Origin: Myxococcota bacterium
Lineage (GTDB): Bacteria > Myxococcota_A > UBA9160 > UBA6930
Reading direction: 5' to 3'
Length of the DNA: 64,000 nt
NCBI GenBank assembly: GCA_965223705.1
Contig: OZ245015.1
Location: forward strand, 2,560,001 to 2,624,000
Shown here: positions 11,334-20,700 of the stretch, piece by piece
How the letters are laid out: each line of letters starts with the position of its first letter
How positions within the stretch are numbered: the stretch's first letter is position 1
Notes under the pieces: generated by a model
Told to the model about the DNA's origin: nothing
Databases searched by the model: none
The model's input: only the letters and a program-made list of their open reading frames with translations
Program-made: the position numbers and the translations under genes

Positions 11334-11783
11334 CTAGAACAAACGACGAGAATCGAGCAGCAACGTCACCGGTCCGTCGTTCACCAACGACACCTCCATC
11401 TGCGCCCGGAACTTTCCGGTGACTACCGTCACACCTTTGCGTGTCGCCCGCTCGACGACAGCGTCGACGAGAGGCGCCGCGACCTCGGGCGGCGCGGCTT
11501 CCGAAAACGAAGGCCGGCGCCCGCGCCGAGCATCACCGAGAAGCGTGAACTGGGACACCACCGTCAGCGAACCGCCGGTGTCGAGGAGCGAGCGGTTCAT
11601 CGCGCCCGCGTCGTCGGCAAAGACGCGGAGGCGAACGAGCTTGTCCGCGAGCCAATGCGCGTCGGATTCGACGTCACCCCTCGCCACACCGACGAGAGCG
11701 AGCAGACCCTCGTCTTGAGCCGCGACTTCCGCGCCGTCGACGCGAACGCGGCACTGCGAGACGCGCTGCACGACCGCCCGCAC
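11334..11783 (-). CDS. dtd: D-aminoacyl-tRNA deacylase
   Basis: MRAVVQRV, VSQFTL, GRRPSF, NDGPVT. Confidence 0.97.
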   Translation of the reverse strand: MRAVVQRVSQCRVRVDGAEVAAQDEGLLALVGVARGDVESDAHWLADKLVRLRVFADDAGAMNRSLLDTGGSLTVVSQFTLLGDARRGRRPSFSEAAPPEVAAPLVDAVVERATRKGVTVVTGKFRAQMEVSLVNDGPVTLLLDSRRLF

Positions 11784-11785
11784 GG

Positions 11786-12298
11786 TCAGATTTCCTCTTG
11801 GCTCCAAAAGCGACCGCGGTACGCCGCCTCGCCTTCCGTCCGCAGCACGACGAGTTGACAGATGCGCACCCCGGCGTGGATCTCGAGGGGGTGGCCGGCG
11901 ACATTGCTCATCTCGAGAACCTGGCGATTCCGCACGCCCGGCTGCACGAACGCAGAGGTCACGTGAATCATCAGACCCAGCCTTGCAAACCGGCTACGCC
12001 CTTCGAGAAATCCGCACAGTGACGGGGCCAGGCGAACCACCTCCCGCGTGATTCCGTGGATCGTTTCGCCGGGTGACAGGATGTACGGGCGATCGAGGGG
12101 ATGGCGCCTCGTGTGGTCGCGAAAGTCGGTGGCGTCGAGTATCGGGATGGTTTCCGATGCCGGTGCCAGGATGCGGATTTCATCGCCCAGCGTGAGATCG
12201 ATCGACGCGGGGCCGACCTGGTCGGGCTCAAGGGGCGAGATCGCGATGCGACCCGCCTCGATCTCGGCGCGGAGAACGTCTCGAGTCAGCACCCCCAT
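11786..12298 (-). CDS. dcd: dCTP deaminase
   Basis: PASIDLTLG, EGRSRFARLGL, VLE, RICQL motifs. Confidence 0.9.
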   Translation of the reverse strand: MGVLTRDVLRAEIEAGRIAISPLEPDQVGPASIDLTLGDEIRILAPASETIPILDATDFRDHTRRHPLDRPYILSPGETIHGITREVVRLAPSLCGFLEGRSRFARLGLMIHVTSAFVQPGVRNRQVLEMSNVAGHPLEIHAGVRICQLVVLRTEGEAAYRGRFWSQEEI

Positions 12299-12334
12299 GC
12301 GCGGCCGATGTTACCGTACGCGTCCGATACCGAA

Positions 12335-13123
12335 ATGAACGCCGCTCCGAGACATCCCTTTTTTCGACGTCGACACGCCGCGCGTTTGCTGGTCCTCGGA
12401 CATCGCGGGACCGGCGAGGGTCTGCGCGAGAACACGTTGCCGGCATTTCGAGAGGCGGTCGAACTCGGTGCCGATATCGTCGAGACCGATTTGCATGTCA
12501 CGCGCGACGGCGTGCCGGTGTTGTGTCACGACCCGGATATCGCACGCACCACGAACGGACGCGGACTCATCGCCGGACTCACGCTCGCCGAACTCGAGCG
12601 CTTCGAGACCCACGGCCCGAGAAGCGGCACGCCGAGCCGGATCCCGACGCTGGCCGAGGCTCTCGACGCCCTGCCCGACGCGCGCTGGAACATCGAGATC
12701 AAAGATCACCATCCGGAGGCCGCGAAACGCGTGCTCGGCTTCGTCGAGCCGCATGCCGAGCGCGTGCTCCTCACGGCGGGAGACGATGCAATCATGAACC
12801 GCCTTCGACAGGCGATCGCCGAAGCGGGTGTGGGCGTGGCCCAGGGCGCCTGCCAGAGCGATGTGATGGCGTTCTTGCGGGCCACGCGGTCGGGTGAAGG
12901 AGAAATTCCCGAGGCCCCGATGGCGCTGCAGATTCCCGAGGCGTTTCGGGGAATCACGCTCGTCGATCCCGACCTCGTGACCTTCGCACACGAACGAGGC
13001 GTCGAAGTTCACGTTTGGACGGTCAACGAGCCCGACGCGATTCGGCGACTTCGCGACCTCGGGGTCGATGGCATCGTGACCGACGTGCCCGCCGTGGCGC
13101 GCGGGATCGCCGATGAACGCTGA
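12335..13123 (+). CDS. Glycerophosphodiester phosphodiesterase
   Basis: GHRG, ENTLPAF, ETDLHVTRDG, HD, NIEIK, WTVN, GVDGIVTD. Confidence 0.93.
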   Translation: MNAAPRHPFFRRRHAARLLVLGHRGTGEGLRENTLPAFREAVELGADIVETDLHVTRDGVPVLCHDPDIARTTNGRGLIAGLTLAELERFETHGPRSGTPSRIPTLAEALDALPDARWNIEIKDHHPEAAKRVLGFVEPHAERVLLTAGDDAIMNRLRQAIAEAGVGVAQGACQSDVMAFLRATRSGEGEIPEAPMALQIPEAFRGITLVDPDLVTFAHERGVEVHVWTVNEPDAIRRLRDLGVDGIVTDVPAVARGIADER

Positions 13124-13649
13124 AGCGTCGGCCCTCGTAACGCGCCATTTCGAGTTGCTGGTTGCACCCGCTCGCGGCCCGGTCCTCGATCTCGCGTGCG
13201 GGCGCGGTCGGCACGCAGCCCCGCTTGCGGAAGCCGGGGCTCGCGTTATCGCGCTGGATCGCAGCGCCGACCACCTCGCCGAGCTGGCGGCCCGCGTTGC
13301 CGGCTCTGCCGCGGCCGGCCTCCTCCGGGTCCGCGCCGACCTCGAAGCGAACGACCGGATTCCCCTCCGAGACGGCAGCTGCGGATCGGTGCTGGTCTTT
13401 CGGTATCTGCATCGCCCGCTGTGCGGAGAGATCTCCCGCGTACTGCGACCGGGGGGGCTGCTCCTTTACGAGACCTTCACCACCGGGCAACGCGCCTTCG
13501 GCGGCGGCCCGCGAAGGCCCGAGTTCCTCCTCGAACCCGGAGAGCTCCCCGAACTGTTTCCGGGGCTCTCCACGGTTTTTTACGACGAGCGCGTCGATGG
13601 TGAAGCGGAAACCGCGCTCGCGTCGCTCGTCGCGGAAAAGCCCGGCTGA
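13113..13649 (+). CDS. Class I SAM-dependent methyltransferase (TehB-like)
   Basis: VLDLACGRGRH, FRYLHRP, LRPGGLLLYETF. Confidence 0.88.
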   Translation: MNAEASALVTRHFELLVAPARGPVLDLACGRGRHAAPLAEAGARVIALDRSADHLAELAARVAGSAAAGLLRVRADLEANDRIPLRDGSCGSVLVFRYLHRPLCGEISRVLRPGGLLLYETFTTGQRAFGGGPRRPEFLLEPGELPELFPGLSTVFYDERVDGEAETALASLVAEKPG

Positions 13650-14686
13650 GACAAGGCCCAGCGTGCGTGCTCGGCGACGAGCGGGTCGTCACTCTCCGCG
13701 TGCACTTCGAGAAGCGGACGTAGCCGCGGATCGGCGGAGTTGCCGGCGGCGACCAGCGCGTTGCGGATGAGCCCTCGCCACTTGCTTCGCCGCAAGGCGG
13801 TTTTCTTCGTCACCGCGCGCCAGGCGGCCTCGTCGAGCTCGAGGATCCAGCGCAAGGTGGGATGCTCCCAGTCTTCACGCAATGTGAGGCGCCGCCTGAG
13901 ACCTCCCCGATCCGGTGGCACCCGGCGGCGAGAGCGGCGGTTCCACGGACAGACCTCCTGGCACGCGTCACAACCGAAGACCCAGTCCTCGTGTTTGGCG
14001 CGCAGTGCGTCCGGAATCGACCCCCGCTGCTCGATCGTCTGATAGGAGATACAAGCGCGCGCATCCATGACGTAGGGCTCGGGAAACGCGTCCGTCGGAC
14101 ACGCGTCGAGGCACGCCCGGCAGCTTCCGCAGTGGTCGGACATCGGTTCGTCCGGTGGGATCGGCAAATCGGTGAGGAGACAGCCGAGAAACATGTAGGA
14201 ACCGAGCGTGGGATCGATGATGCAGGTGTTTCGACCGACCCAGCCGATACCGGCGCGAGCGGCGAGTGTCCGCTCGAGGAGCGGCCCGGTATCGACGTAG
14301 GCGCGCCAACCGAAGGCCCGGCCCAACCGGGCTTCGAGCGCCGTCGCGACCGCGGCAATCGCGTCGCGCATGACATCGTGGTAGTCGTCGCCACCCGCGT
14401 AACGCGCGATCCGCCCCCGGGGCTCGTCACTCCCAGGATTTGAGGGCTCCTCGTGGTCGTACACGAGCCCGAAGCAAATGATGCTTTTCAGATTCGGGAA
14501 CAACCGGCGCGGATCCATGCGCTCGTCGGCTCGCCGCCCGAGGTAGTGCATGTCGGCCGCGTAACCGCTCGCAAGCCAGTCCCCGAGGAACGCCGTGTCC
14601 GGCCCTGGATCGGGCGCCGCGACACCGACGCGGTCAAAGCCCAGGGCCTCCGCAAGCTCGACGATGTGCTCTCGTGCTTCCTTCAC
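13580..14686 (-). CDS. queG: Epoxyqueuosine reductase
   Basis: IARYA..DYH, YVDTGPLLER, CGSCRACLDACPT, CISY.TIE, FGCDACQEVCPWN. GTG start overlaps the exosortase stop. Confidence 0.95.
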   Translation of the reverse strand: MKEAREHIVELAEALGFDRVGVAAPDPGPDTAFLGDWLASGYAADMHYLGRRADERMDPRRLFPNLKSIICFGLVYDHEEPSNPGSDEPRGRIARYAGGDDYHDVMRDAIAAVATALEARLGRAFGWRAYVDTGPLLERTLAARAGIGWVGRNTCIIDPTLGSYMFLGCLLTDLPIPPDEPMSDHCGSCRACLDACPTDAFPEPYVMDARACISYQTIEQRGSIPDALRAKHEDWVFGCDACQEVCPWNRRSRRRVPPDRGGLRRRLTLREDWEHPTLRWILELDEAAWRAVTKKTALRRSKWRGLIRNALVAAGNSADPRLRPLLEVHAESDDPLVAEHARWALSQPGFSATSDASAVSASPSTRSS

Positions 14687-15561
14687 CGGACCGCGGGCGC
14701 GGACTCGGCGTTTCGCAGGAGGGCCCCGACGGCGAGAAGCAACGTGCACGCGACGCCGTAGGTGATGAGACCGGCTGAATCGTGAAGCCAACCTTCGGTC
14801 GCCGCTTTCGAGCCCCAAGCCTCCGCGGCATAGACCGTCGACATGACGCGCGCGAGGTTCCCCGCCATCGCGAGCGGGATGACAGCGATACAGAGTGCGA
14901 GCCAGGTCCACCACCGACGGAGGGAAAAGTACGCGAGCAGGACGCCGATGGGCATCAGCGTGATCAGGGATGTCACGCCACTACACGCTTCGGCGACGAA
15001 GAGCGACTCCCCGGACGGCAGCAGCAACACGTTGCCCTCGCGGGCGAGGGCCAGGCCGAACGCGTTCGAGGTTTCGACCGCGAGCCACGAGACGAAGAGC
15101 TGAAGCTTCACGATGGTCGGGGTAATCCAGTCCGAGGGCGGCGGGATCATGAAGAGCAAGTAGCCCAGGGGAAACGCCAGAGCCCGGAGCCACTCCATCC
15201 CGCGAAACCAAGCGACGTAGGCCCAGACGCTGATACAGATGCCCAGTCCGATGAGCGCCGTCTCCGTGGCGGCCAGACCCGCCAGGTAGACCAGCAGCCC
15301 GGCGCCCAACCCGACGACGGCCGAGGGCTCGCCCGCAGCCGGCAGGCTGTGCCAACGCGGGCGCTCGCGCAGTGCAGCCCACCAGGCGACGATGGGAACG
15401 AGGAATCCGTGGGACAGGTAGTCGACCCTGAACCAGACACCCGCGAGGGCGAAAACCCCCGGCAAGAAGACGACGGCGAGGCCGATCGCCACAACCCACT
15501 CTTGTTGACTGAGCGGACGCTTCTGGAAGACCGCTGACGTCGCGTTTTCGGCACTCGCCAC
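14683..15561 (-). CDS. Exosortase (PEP-CTERM sorting enzyme)
   Basis: SHGFLVP, FPLGYLLFMIPPP, catalytic VAEACSG, NLARV and HD motifs; about 8 TM helices. Confidence 0.92.
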   Translation of the reverse strand: MASAENATSAVFQKRPLSQQEWVVAIGLAVVFLPGVFALAGVWFRVDYLSHGFLVPIVAWWAALRERPRWHSLPAAGEPSAVVGLGAGLLVYLAGLAATETALIGLGICISVWAYVAWFRGMEWLRALAFPLGYLLFMIPPPSDWITPTIVKLQLFVSWLAVETSNAFGLALAREGNVLLLPSGESLFVAEACSGVTSLITLMPIGVLLAYFSLRRWWTWLALCIAVIPLAMAGNLARVMSTVYAAEAWGSKAATEGWLHDSAGLITYGVACTLLLAVGALLRNAESAPAVR

Positions 15562-15644
15562 GTCGTAGACCCTCGGCAAGTTGCCCACGCGGGTCAAGCG
15601 AGAAAACCGCCCGTCGGGGTCCGTCAGAGCGACGTGTTTCGAAT

Positions 15645-15672
15645 TCAAGTCATACTGGAAAGATTCCGACCT
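15645..15672 (+). promoter_or_regulatory. Putative sigma28-like promoter TCAAG-N15-TCCGACCT
   Basis: Recurrent motif; lies directly upstream of the PilZ-cNMP gene. Confidence 0.4.
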
Positions 15673-15680
15673 AAGAAGAC

Positions 15681-16478
15681 GTGGGTGATACGAATCGCAA
15701 TCCGCTGGAAATGCGCGGAGCACCGCGCACGGGCGTCGATCTACCCATCGAGATCTTCACCTCGGAATTCGCCGGCTCCCTGCCCGGGCGCACGCGCGAC
15801 GTCGGCGTCAGCGGGCTGTGCGCGACCACCGCGTCGCCGTTCGCGGCCAAGAGCGTGACCCACGTCGTGATCGGACTTCCCGCAGGCTCCCTGCGCGTCG
15901 AAGCCCGCGGGGTCTGGCAGCAGAGCCTCGAAAACGACGACTGTGTGATGACCGGCGTCGCGTTCACCGACACTTCCGAGGAGACGACCCACGCGCTGTG
16001 GGACCTGGTCCTCGACGTGGCCAAGGATTTTGCCCGCTTCATTCACAACACGTCCGAGATCAGCGTCGTGGGAATCGAGGGCGCGATGGCGCTCGCCCAG
16101 ATCACCCGGGTGCGTTCGCTTCCAGCCGGAGCCACGTTGTTCCGCCAAGGCACCTGCGAGCCCGAGGAACGCTCGCTGTTCGTGGTCGACCGCGGCTCCA
16201 TCGATATCGAAGTCCGCGTACGAGACGCGATCCGTCGGCCCCTCGGCCGCCTCGAACGCGGACGCCTCGTCGGAGGGCTGCCAATGGTCGCAGGTGGCGA
16301 TCATCCGGAGACGGCGAGCACCGCCGAAGACACGCGTCTCCTCGAAATCGACCCCATGGCCTTTGCCTACATCCAACGCGCCAAACCGTGGCTCGGCCAC
16401 ATCCTCTGTCAGGCGGTCACCCGCTCGTACGCCGAGCGTCTGCAGAAGATGCTCGCGCAGGTTCGCGACTGCTTGTAG
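15681..16478 (+). CDS. PilZ domain plus cyclic-nucleotide-binding domain fusion protein
   Basis: RGAPR (RxxxR), DVGVSG and GVAF PilZ motifs; C-terminal LPAGATLFRQG..LFVVDRGSI cNMP fold. Confidence 0.8.
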   Translation: MGDTNRNPLEMRGAPRTGVDLPIEIFTSEFAGSLPGRTRDVGVSGLCATTASPFAAKSVTHVVIGLPAGSLRVEARGVWQQSLENDDCVMTGVAFTDTSEETTHALWDLVLDVAKDFARFIHNTSEISVVGIEGAMALAQITRVRSLPAGATLFRQGTCEPEERSLFVVDRGSIDIEVRVRDAIRRPLGRLERGRLVGGLPMVAGGDHPETASTAEDTRLLEIDPMAFAYIQRAKPWLGHILCQAVTRSYAERLQKMLAQVRDCL

Positions 16479-16547
16479 CGCGGAATATCCGCCAAAAATG
16501 CTATCGATATCGGCCGGCGTCTCGTCGCACGACGCCCAGGAGCGCGC

Positions 16548-17249
16548 GTGGCCCGAAGGATCTTCTCCCGAATTCGCGAAGCCCTTCGCCGGTACTTCGT
16601 CGCCGGCATCCTCGCGTTCGCGCCGATCGGGATCACCATCTGGGCGCTCGCGTGGATTATCGAGCGCCTCGACAACCTGATTCTGCCGCGCCTGATCGAC
16701 CTGTTCTTTCCGGCGATTCAAGACCCGCCGCGAATCCCACTCCTCGGGGCGCTCTTTACACTGCTGGTCATCTTGCTGTTCGGCGTGATCGCCCGGCACT
16801 TCTTCGGCCTCGAGCTCGTTCGGCTCGGGGAACGACTTCTGCGCCGCGTTCCGGTTGCGCGCTCGATCTACGGCGGGGTCAAACAACTCGTCGAAGCGAT
16901 TTTCACCGGGAGTCAAGCGACGAGCTTTCGGCGCGTCGCGATCATCGAGTACCCGCGCCGGGGGCTGTACGCGCTCGCCTTCGTGACGGGACCGGCACGG
17001 GGCGTCATTCAGGCAGCGCACGACGAAGCCCTCGTGAACTGCTTCGTGCCGACGACGCCGAATCCCACGTCGGGTTTCTACCTGCTCATACCGAGAGACG
17101 AACTGATCGAAATCGACATCAGCGTCGAGGACGCTTTCAAACTCGTGATGTCGGCCGGTCTGGTCTACCCGGGCGAAGGGGACGCCGTCAAGACTCCGCC
17201 CGCTCCTGAATTGCCCGCCACAGGAAGTACAGACCCAACGCAAGCGTGA
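16548..17249 (+). CDS. DUF502 membrane protein
   Basis: PIGITIW, PVARSIY, EYPRRG, FVPTTPNPTSGF. Confidence 0.9.
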   Translation: MARRIFSRIREALRRYFVAGILAFAPIGITIWALAWIIERLDNLILPRLIDLFFPAIQDPPRIPLLGALFTLLVILLFGVIARHFFGLELVRLGERLLRRVPVARSIYGGVKQLVEAIFTGSQATSFRRVAIIEYPRRGLYALAFVTGPARGVIQAAHDEALVNCFVPTTPNPTSGFYLLIPRDELIEIDISVEDAFKLVMSAGLVYPGEGDAVKTPPAPELPATGSTDPTQA

Positions 17250-17448
17250 TCCCGGCGCCGACGCGGTTGAACATGATGTATTCCATGTCGGGATTGAACC
17301 AGCCGTCGTAGACGAACCAGACACAGAATGCGAGAAGGACGACCGGCAGGAAGAACGGGTTGTCGAAGGGAGTCGGAGCGTACTCTTCGTCCGGTTCGGC
17401 TTCCGCTGCGCCTCGGGAATCCCGCTCTACTTCCGACGGATCTGCCAT
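17188..17448 (-). CDS. Small two-TM membrane protein, hypothetical
   Basis: PFDNPFFLPV..WFVYDGWFNP, two hydrophobic helices; TAAGGT -10 box 6 nt before the ATG. Confidence 0.65.
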   Translation of the reverse strand: MADPSEVERDSRGAAEAEPDEEYAPTPFDNPFFLPVVLLAFCVWFVYDGWFNPDMEYIMFNRVGAGITLALGLYFLWRAIQERAES

Positions 17449-17486
17449 GCGGCGACCTTAGCAAACGCGCCGCGGCGCAGGGCCTG

Positions 17487-19499
17487 CTAACGCTCGATGT
17501 GGACTTTCACGTCGAGGGGGATCCGGAGGTCTTCTTCCTCTGCAGTGGCGATCAGGCGCCGCAAGGTCGGCGAAAGCGCATCCATTCGAAGCGATAGCTC
17601 GAGGCGGACCCGGCCCTCCGGCATCGGCGTCTGGCCGGGGTCGGATTGGAACGAGATCTGCGATGAAAAACCGCCGAAGCTGCCCACGTGGGCGTCTTCG
17701 GGTTTCTCGTCGAGGTCCTCTCCGTCGAACAGGGAGTCGATGCCGCTGCTGTCGCGAAGTTCACCACCGGGCTCCTCGAAGACTTCTTCGGGGGCAGCCG
17801 TCGGGGGCAGCGGCGCGTGCTGCCTGAGCTCTTCAAAGGATTCGGAGAGTCCATCCGAGATGGCGTCGTGGTCGTCTTCGGCAGCCTCGTCGTCCGCAGC
17901 CAGCGGCGGCAACGTGGGCGGGTCTTCCGGATCCTCGGCGGGTTCAGGGCTCGCGATCTCCGCCTCGAAGCTCGGTTCGGAGCTCACGAGCTCGGCGCCG
18001 AAGCTGAAATCGAGGGCGGGGTTGTCGAGCGCGATGGGCTCGACCAAGGCTTCCTCTTCCGGGCTTTCCCCAAGAGAGGGCTCGGACGGCGCGAGCATCG
18101 CGAATCCGGTTTCCTCTTCCGCATCGGCGCCATGTACCTCGAGCGGCTCCGGGGGATCGACGGGGTCGACGTCCCGGGAAAGGCTCGCCAACAAGTCCGC
18201 CGCGTCGTCGGCGACGCCGTCGTGGTCGTGCACCTCCGCCAACATCTCCGCGGCGGCGGGAACTTCTCGTGCGGGCTCTTCTTCTGGAGCTTCGAGGGTG
18301 GCCAACCCGGGGTGGGTGTCCACCTCGACGAGCAGCTCGGGTGCTGCGTCGGATTCTTCTACGGGTGCAGCGTCCTCGAGCGCCTCGGCGCTGACCGTCA
18401 GCTCGAAGCCTTCGATCGAAACCACGTCGCCGGCGTGGAGTTGGCGCTCGGTGATCTTCTCGCCGTTCACGAACGTGAAGTTGATCGACTCCAGATCGCG
18501 CACCCAGAAGCCCGTCGGGGTCCGCTCGAGTTCCGCGTGACGGCGCGAAATCTTTGGATCGGCGAGGACGATGTCGCACCCCGACGTACGTCCGATCACC
18601 ATGACGGGGCGCTCCCAGAGGATCTGTCGAGGCGGCTCGCCGTCGCGCCGAACGGTCACGGTGGCCTCGTCGCTTCCCTCGGCCGGGGCTGTCCCCAGGT
18701 CGTGCGCCACGGCGGGCTCCGGCTGGGCGGATTCTTGCCGATGGCCCGGCTTCGACGCCGGGTTCTCCTCCGCGATCGCCGGCTCGGGAGCCTCGAGGGA
18801 TGTGAAATCGAAAATGTCCGCTTCGGGGCCACCTTCGTCGCCCGTAGGCTCCGCCTCACCCAGGGCGCTCGCGACGGGAAACGCAACGTCGGCTTCGGCT
18901 ACGTCGGACGATTCGGGAAACTCCAATTCGATATCCGAAGCGCCAATCGCCGCCGGCGCGTCTCCGGCAAGCGCGGCACCCGAAGTCAGCTCCTGCATGA
19001 ACGCGTCAGCGGCCGCTCCGGTTCCCGTGTCGTTCGGGGGCGCGATGGGCGCGAGCGGCTCGGAATCGGCTGCGCCCGCAACGGCCGGAAAGTCGTCGAA
19101 GTCATCCGGCGTCTCGGATGCTTCGGCGCCGGCGGGAAAGAGCTGGGTCGCGTGCTGGGGATCGAGCCCCGGTGCCTCGGGCGGCGTCGCCGGTTCGGCA
19201 GGCGGATCCGGATATTCGACCGTGATCTGGTGCTTTCCGATGATGAGCTCGTCGTCAGGCCCGAGATCGACCTGATCGGCGCGCACGCCGTTCACGAAGC
19301 AACCGTTCTCGCTGCCGCCGTCGATCAGACGTACGCGGTCGCCCTCTCTCGTGAGCTCGGCGTGGGCCCGACTCACGGAGAGATTGTTGATCACGATGTC
19401 GTTGTCTTTGCGGCGCCCGATACGGAGCGTGTCGCCGTCGAAAGGAACGGTCTGGAGGAGACGGCCCTGAAACAAAACTCGAATGATCGGCGAACTCAT
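17487..19499 (-). CDS. Dual FHA-domain protein with long acidic linkers
   Basis: FHA1: IGR..DNDI...VSRAHA...SENG. FHA2: IGR..CDI...ISRRHA...SINFT. GGGAGG RBS. Confidence 0.88.
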   Translation of the reverse strand: MSSPIIRVLFQGRLLQTVPFDGDTLRIGRRKDNDIVINNLSVSRAHAELTREGDRVRLIDGGSENGCFVNGVRADQVDLGPDDELIIGKHQITVEYPDPPAEPATPPEAPGLDPQHATQLFPAGAEASETPDDFDDFPAVAGAADSEPLAPIAPPNDTGTGAAADAFMQELTSGAALAGDAPAAIGASDIELEFPESSDVAEADVAFPVASALGEAEPTGDEGGPEADIFDFTSLEAPEPAIAEENPASKPGHRQESAQPEPAVAHDLGTAPAEGSDEATVTVRRDGEPPRQILWERPVMVIGRTSGCDIVLADPKISRRHAELERTPTGFWVRDLESINFTFVNGEKITERQLHAGDVVSIEGFELTVSAEALEDAAPVEESDAAPELLVEVDTHPGLATLEAPEEEPAREVPAAAEMLAEVHDHDGVADDAADLLASLSRDVDPVDPPEPLEVHGADAEEETGFAMLAPSEPSLGESPEEEALVEPIALDNPALDFSFGAELVSSEPSFEAEIASPEPAEDPEDPPTLPPLAADDEAAEDDHDAISDGLSESFEELRQHAPLPPTAAPEEVFEEPGGELRDSSGIDSLFDGEDLDEKPEDAHVGSFGGFSSQISFQSDPGQTPMPEGRVRLELSLRMDALSPTLRRLIATAEEEDLRIPLDVKVHIER

Positions 19500-19537
19500 C
19501 CGTACACAACCTCCCGGGATCGGACGTTCACCGGAAC

Positions 19538-19565
19538 TCTTCGCTCGCACGGGGTGGAAACTTGA
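19538..19565 (-). promoter_or_regulatory. Putative sigma28-like promoter TCAAG-N15-AGCGAAGA
   Basis: Recurrent motif between the co-directional chaC and FHA genes. Confidence 0.4.
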
Positions 19566-19602
19566 CCGAGGTCACCAAAGAACCCAGGGGCCGAGGATCC
19601 GA

Positions 19603-20160
19603 TTACACCTCAGCAGGACGCAACAAAGATGCAATCTCGCGGACGTGGGGATCTCGAATGCCGAGGCGCCTGAGCGCGCGGTCCAATTCCCGCACGTAGT
19701 CGTCGTTGCGACCACTCGGCCCTGTCGACGAAGCGACCTGGCGCGCGATGTCTCGAGAAGGTGCCGCGCCCAGATAGTTCGGATTCGCTTCCGTCGCGCG
19801 GTAGACGAGAGCGGGGCGTCGCCCCCGCGCTGCAGAAGAGCCGCCCGCCACCGGACGCAGCAGCTCGACATCGCGCCATTCCCGCGCGTAGCCGCCTTTC
19901 TCGCGGTAGTCGAGCGCTTCCAGTATGGCTGCAGCGTCTTCGCGCGCGACCTCGAACGCGACGCCGTCGCAATAGCCCTCGGAATCGGAGACCAGCGTGA
20001 CCACCCGGCCGGGCGCCCCGGGCACCCCGCGGTGATCCGTCGATCCCTGCCAGAACCGGCGCAAGTAGCTCGGGAGTCGCGCGACGTGCGCTTGCCGGTA
20101 CGCGAAATTCGGCCGCCAGATGAGCGACCCGTAGCCGAAGATCCAGAGCGACCCTGCCAT
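19603..20160 (-). CDS. chaC: ChaC-family glutathione-specific gamma-glutamylcyclotransferase
   Basis: WIFGYGSLIWRP, DHRG..PGRVVTL, LDYREK, GPSGRN.DY. Confidence 0.92.
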   Translation of the reverse strand: MAGSLWIFGYGSLIWRPNFAYRQAHVARLPSYLRRFWQGSTDHRGVPGAPGRVVTLVSDSEGYCDGVAFEVAREDAAAILEALDYREKGGYAREWRDVELLRPVAGGSSAARGRRPALVYRATEANPNYLGAAPSRDIARQVASSTGPSGRNDDYVRELDRALRRLGIRDPHVREIASLLRPAEV

Positions 20161-20163
20161 GAC

Positions 20164-20661
20164 CTAGGACGACTCTGCCCCCTCGTCGTCTCCATACGTG
20201 ATCGCCACGACTTCGAGCTCGCGAACGCCGCGCGGAGACTCGAGGTGAACCACATCCCCGACCTCACGACCGAGGAGTGCCCGACCGAGGGGCGATATCA
20301 AGCTAATCGATCCGCGCGACGCATCCGCTTCGTCGACGCCGACGATTCGGTAGCGAAGCGGCGCATCCGCACCGGCTTCGTCGAGCGTCACCGTGGCGGC
20401 GAAGTAGACCCGATCCGTCTGGGGAGGCGATGTGTCGACGACCGTGAGCTCATCGAGGCGTTTCGACAGAAAACGGATCCTGCGGTCGATCTCCCGCAAC
20501 CGCTTTTTTCCGTAGATGTATTCCGCGTTCTCGGAGCGATCACCCAAGGCTGCTGCCGCCGAGACCTCCGCCGTCACTTTCCGTCGCTCGACGCGCTGCA
20601 AGTGGTCGAGCTCCCGCTCGAGGGCGGCAAAACCCGCTGCGGTGATGTAACTCGCCGACAC
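20164..20661 (-). CDS. greB: Transcription elongation factor GreB
   Basis: YITAAG, AAALGDRSENAEYIYGKKRLREIDRRIRFL, SPLGRALL. Confidence 0.96.
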   Translation of the reverse strand: MSASYITAAGFAALERELDHLQRVERRKVTAEVSAAAALGDRSENAEYIYGKKRLREIDRRIRFLSKRLDELTVVDTSPPQTDRVYFAATVTLDEAGADAPLRYRIVGVDEADASRGSISLISPLGRALLGREVGDVVHLESPRGVRELEVVAITYGDDEGAESS

Positions 20662-20700
20662 GAGCGCACACTAGCGCGAGAGACCGCTAGCTTCCCGGGC

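Noticed and set aside
19483..20700. 1374-aa version of the SNF2 ORF
   Set aside because: The N-terminal 400 codons are antisense to greB and chaC; the true start is GTG 20701 with a -10 box.
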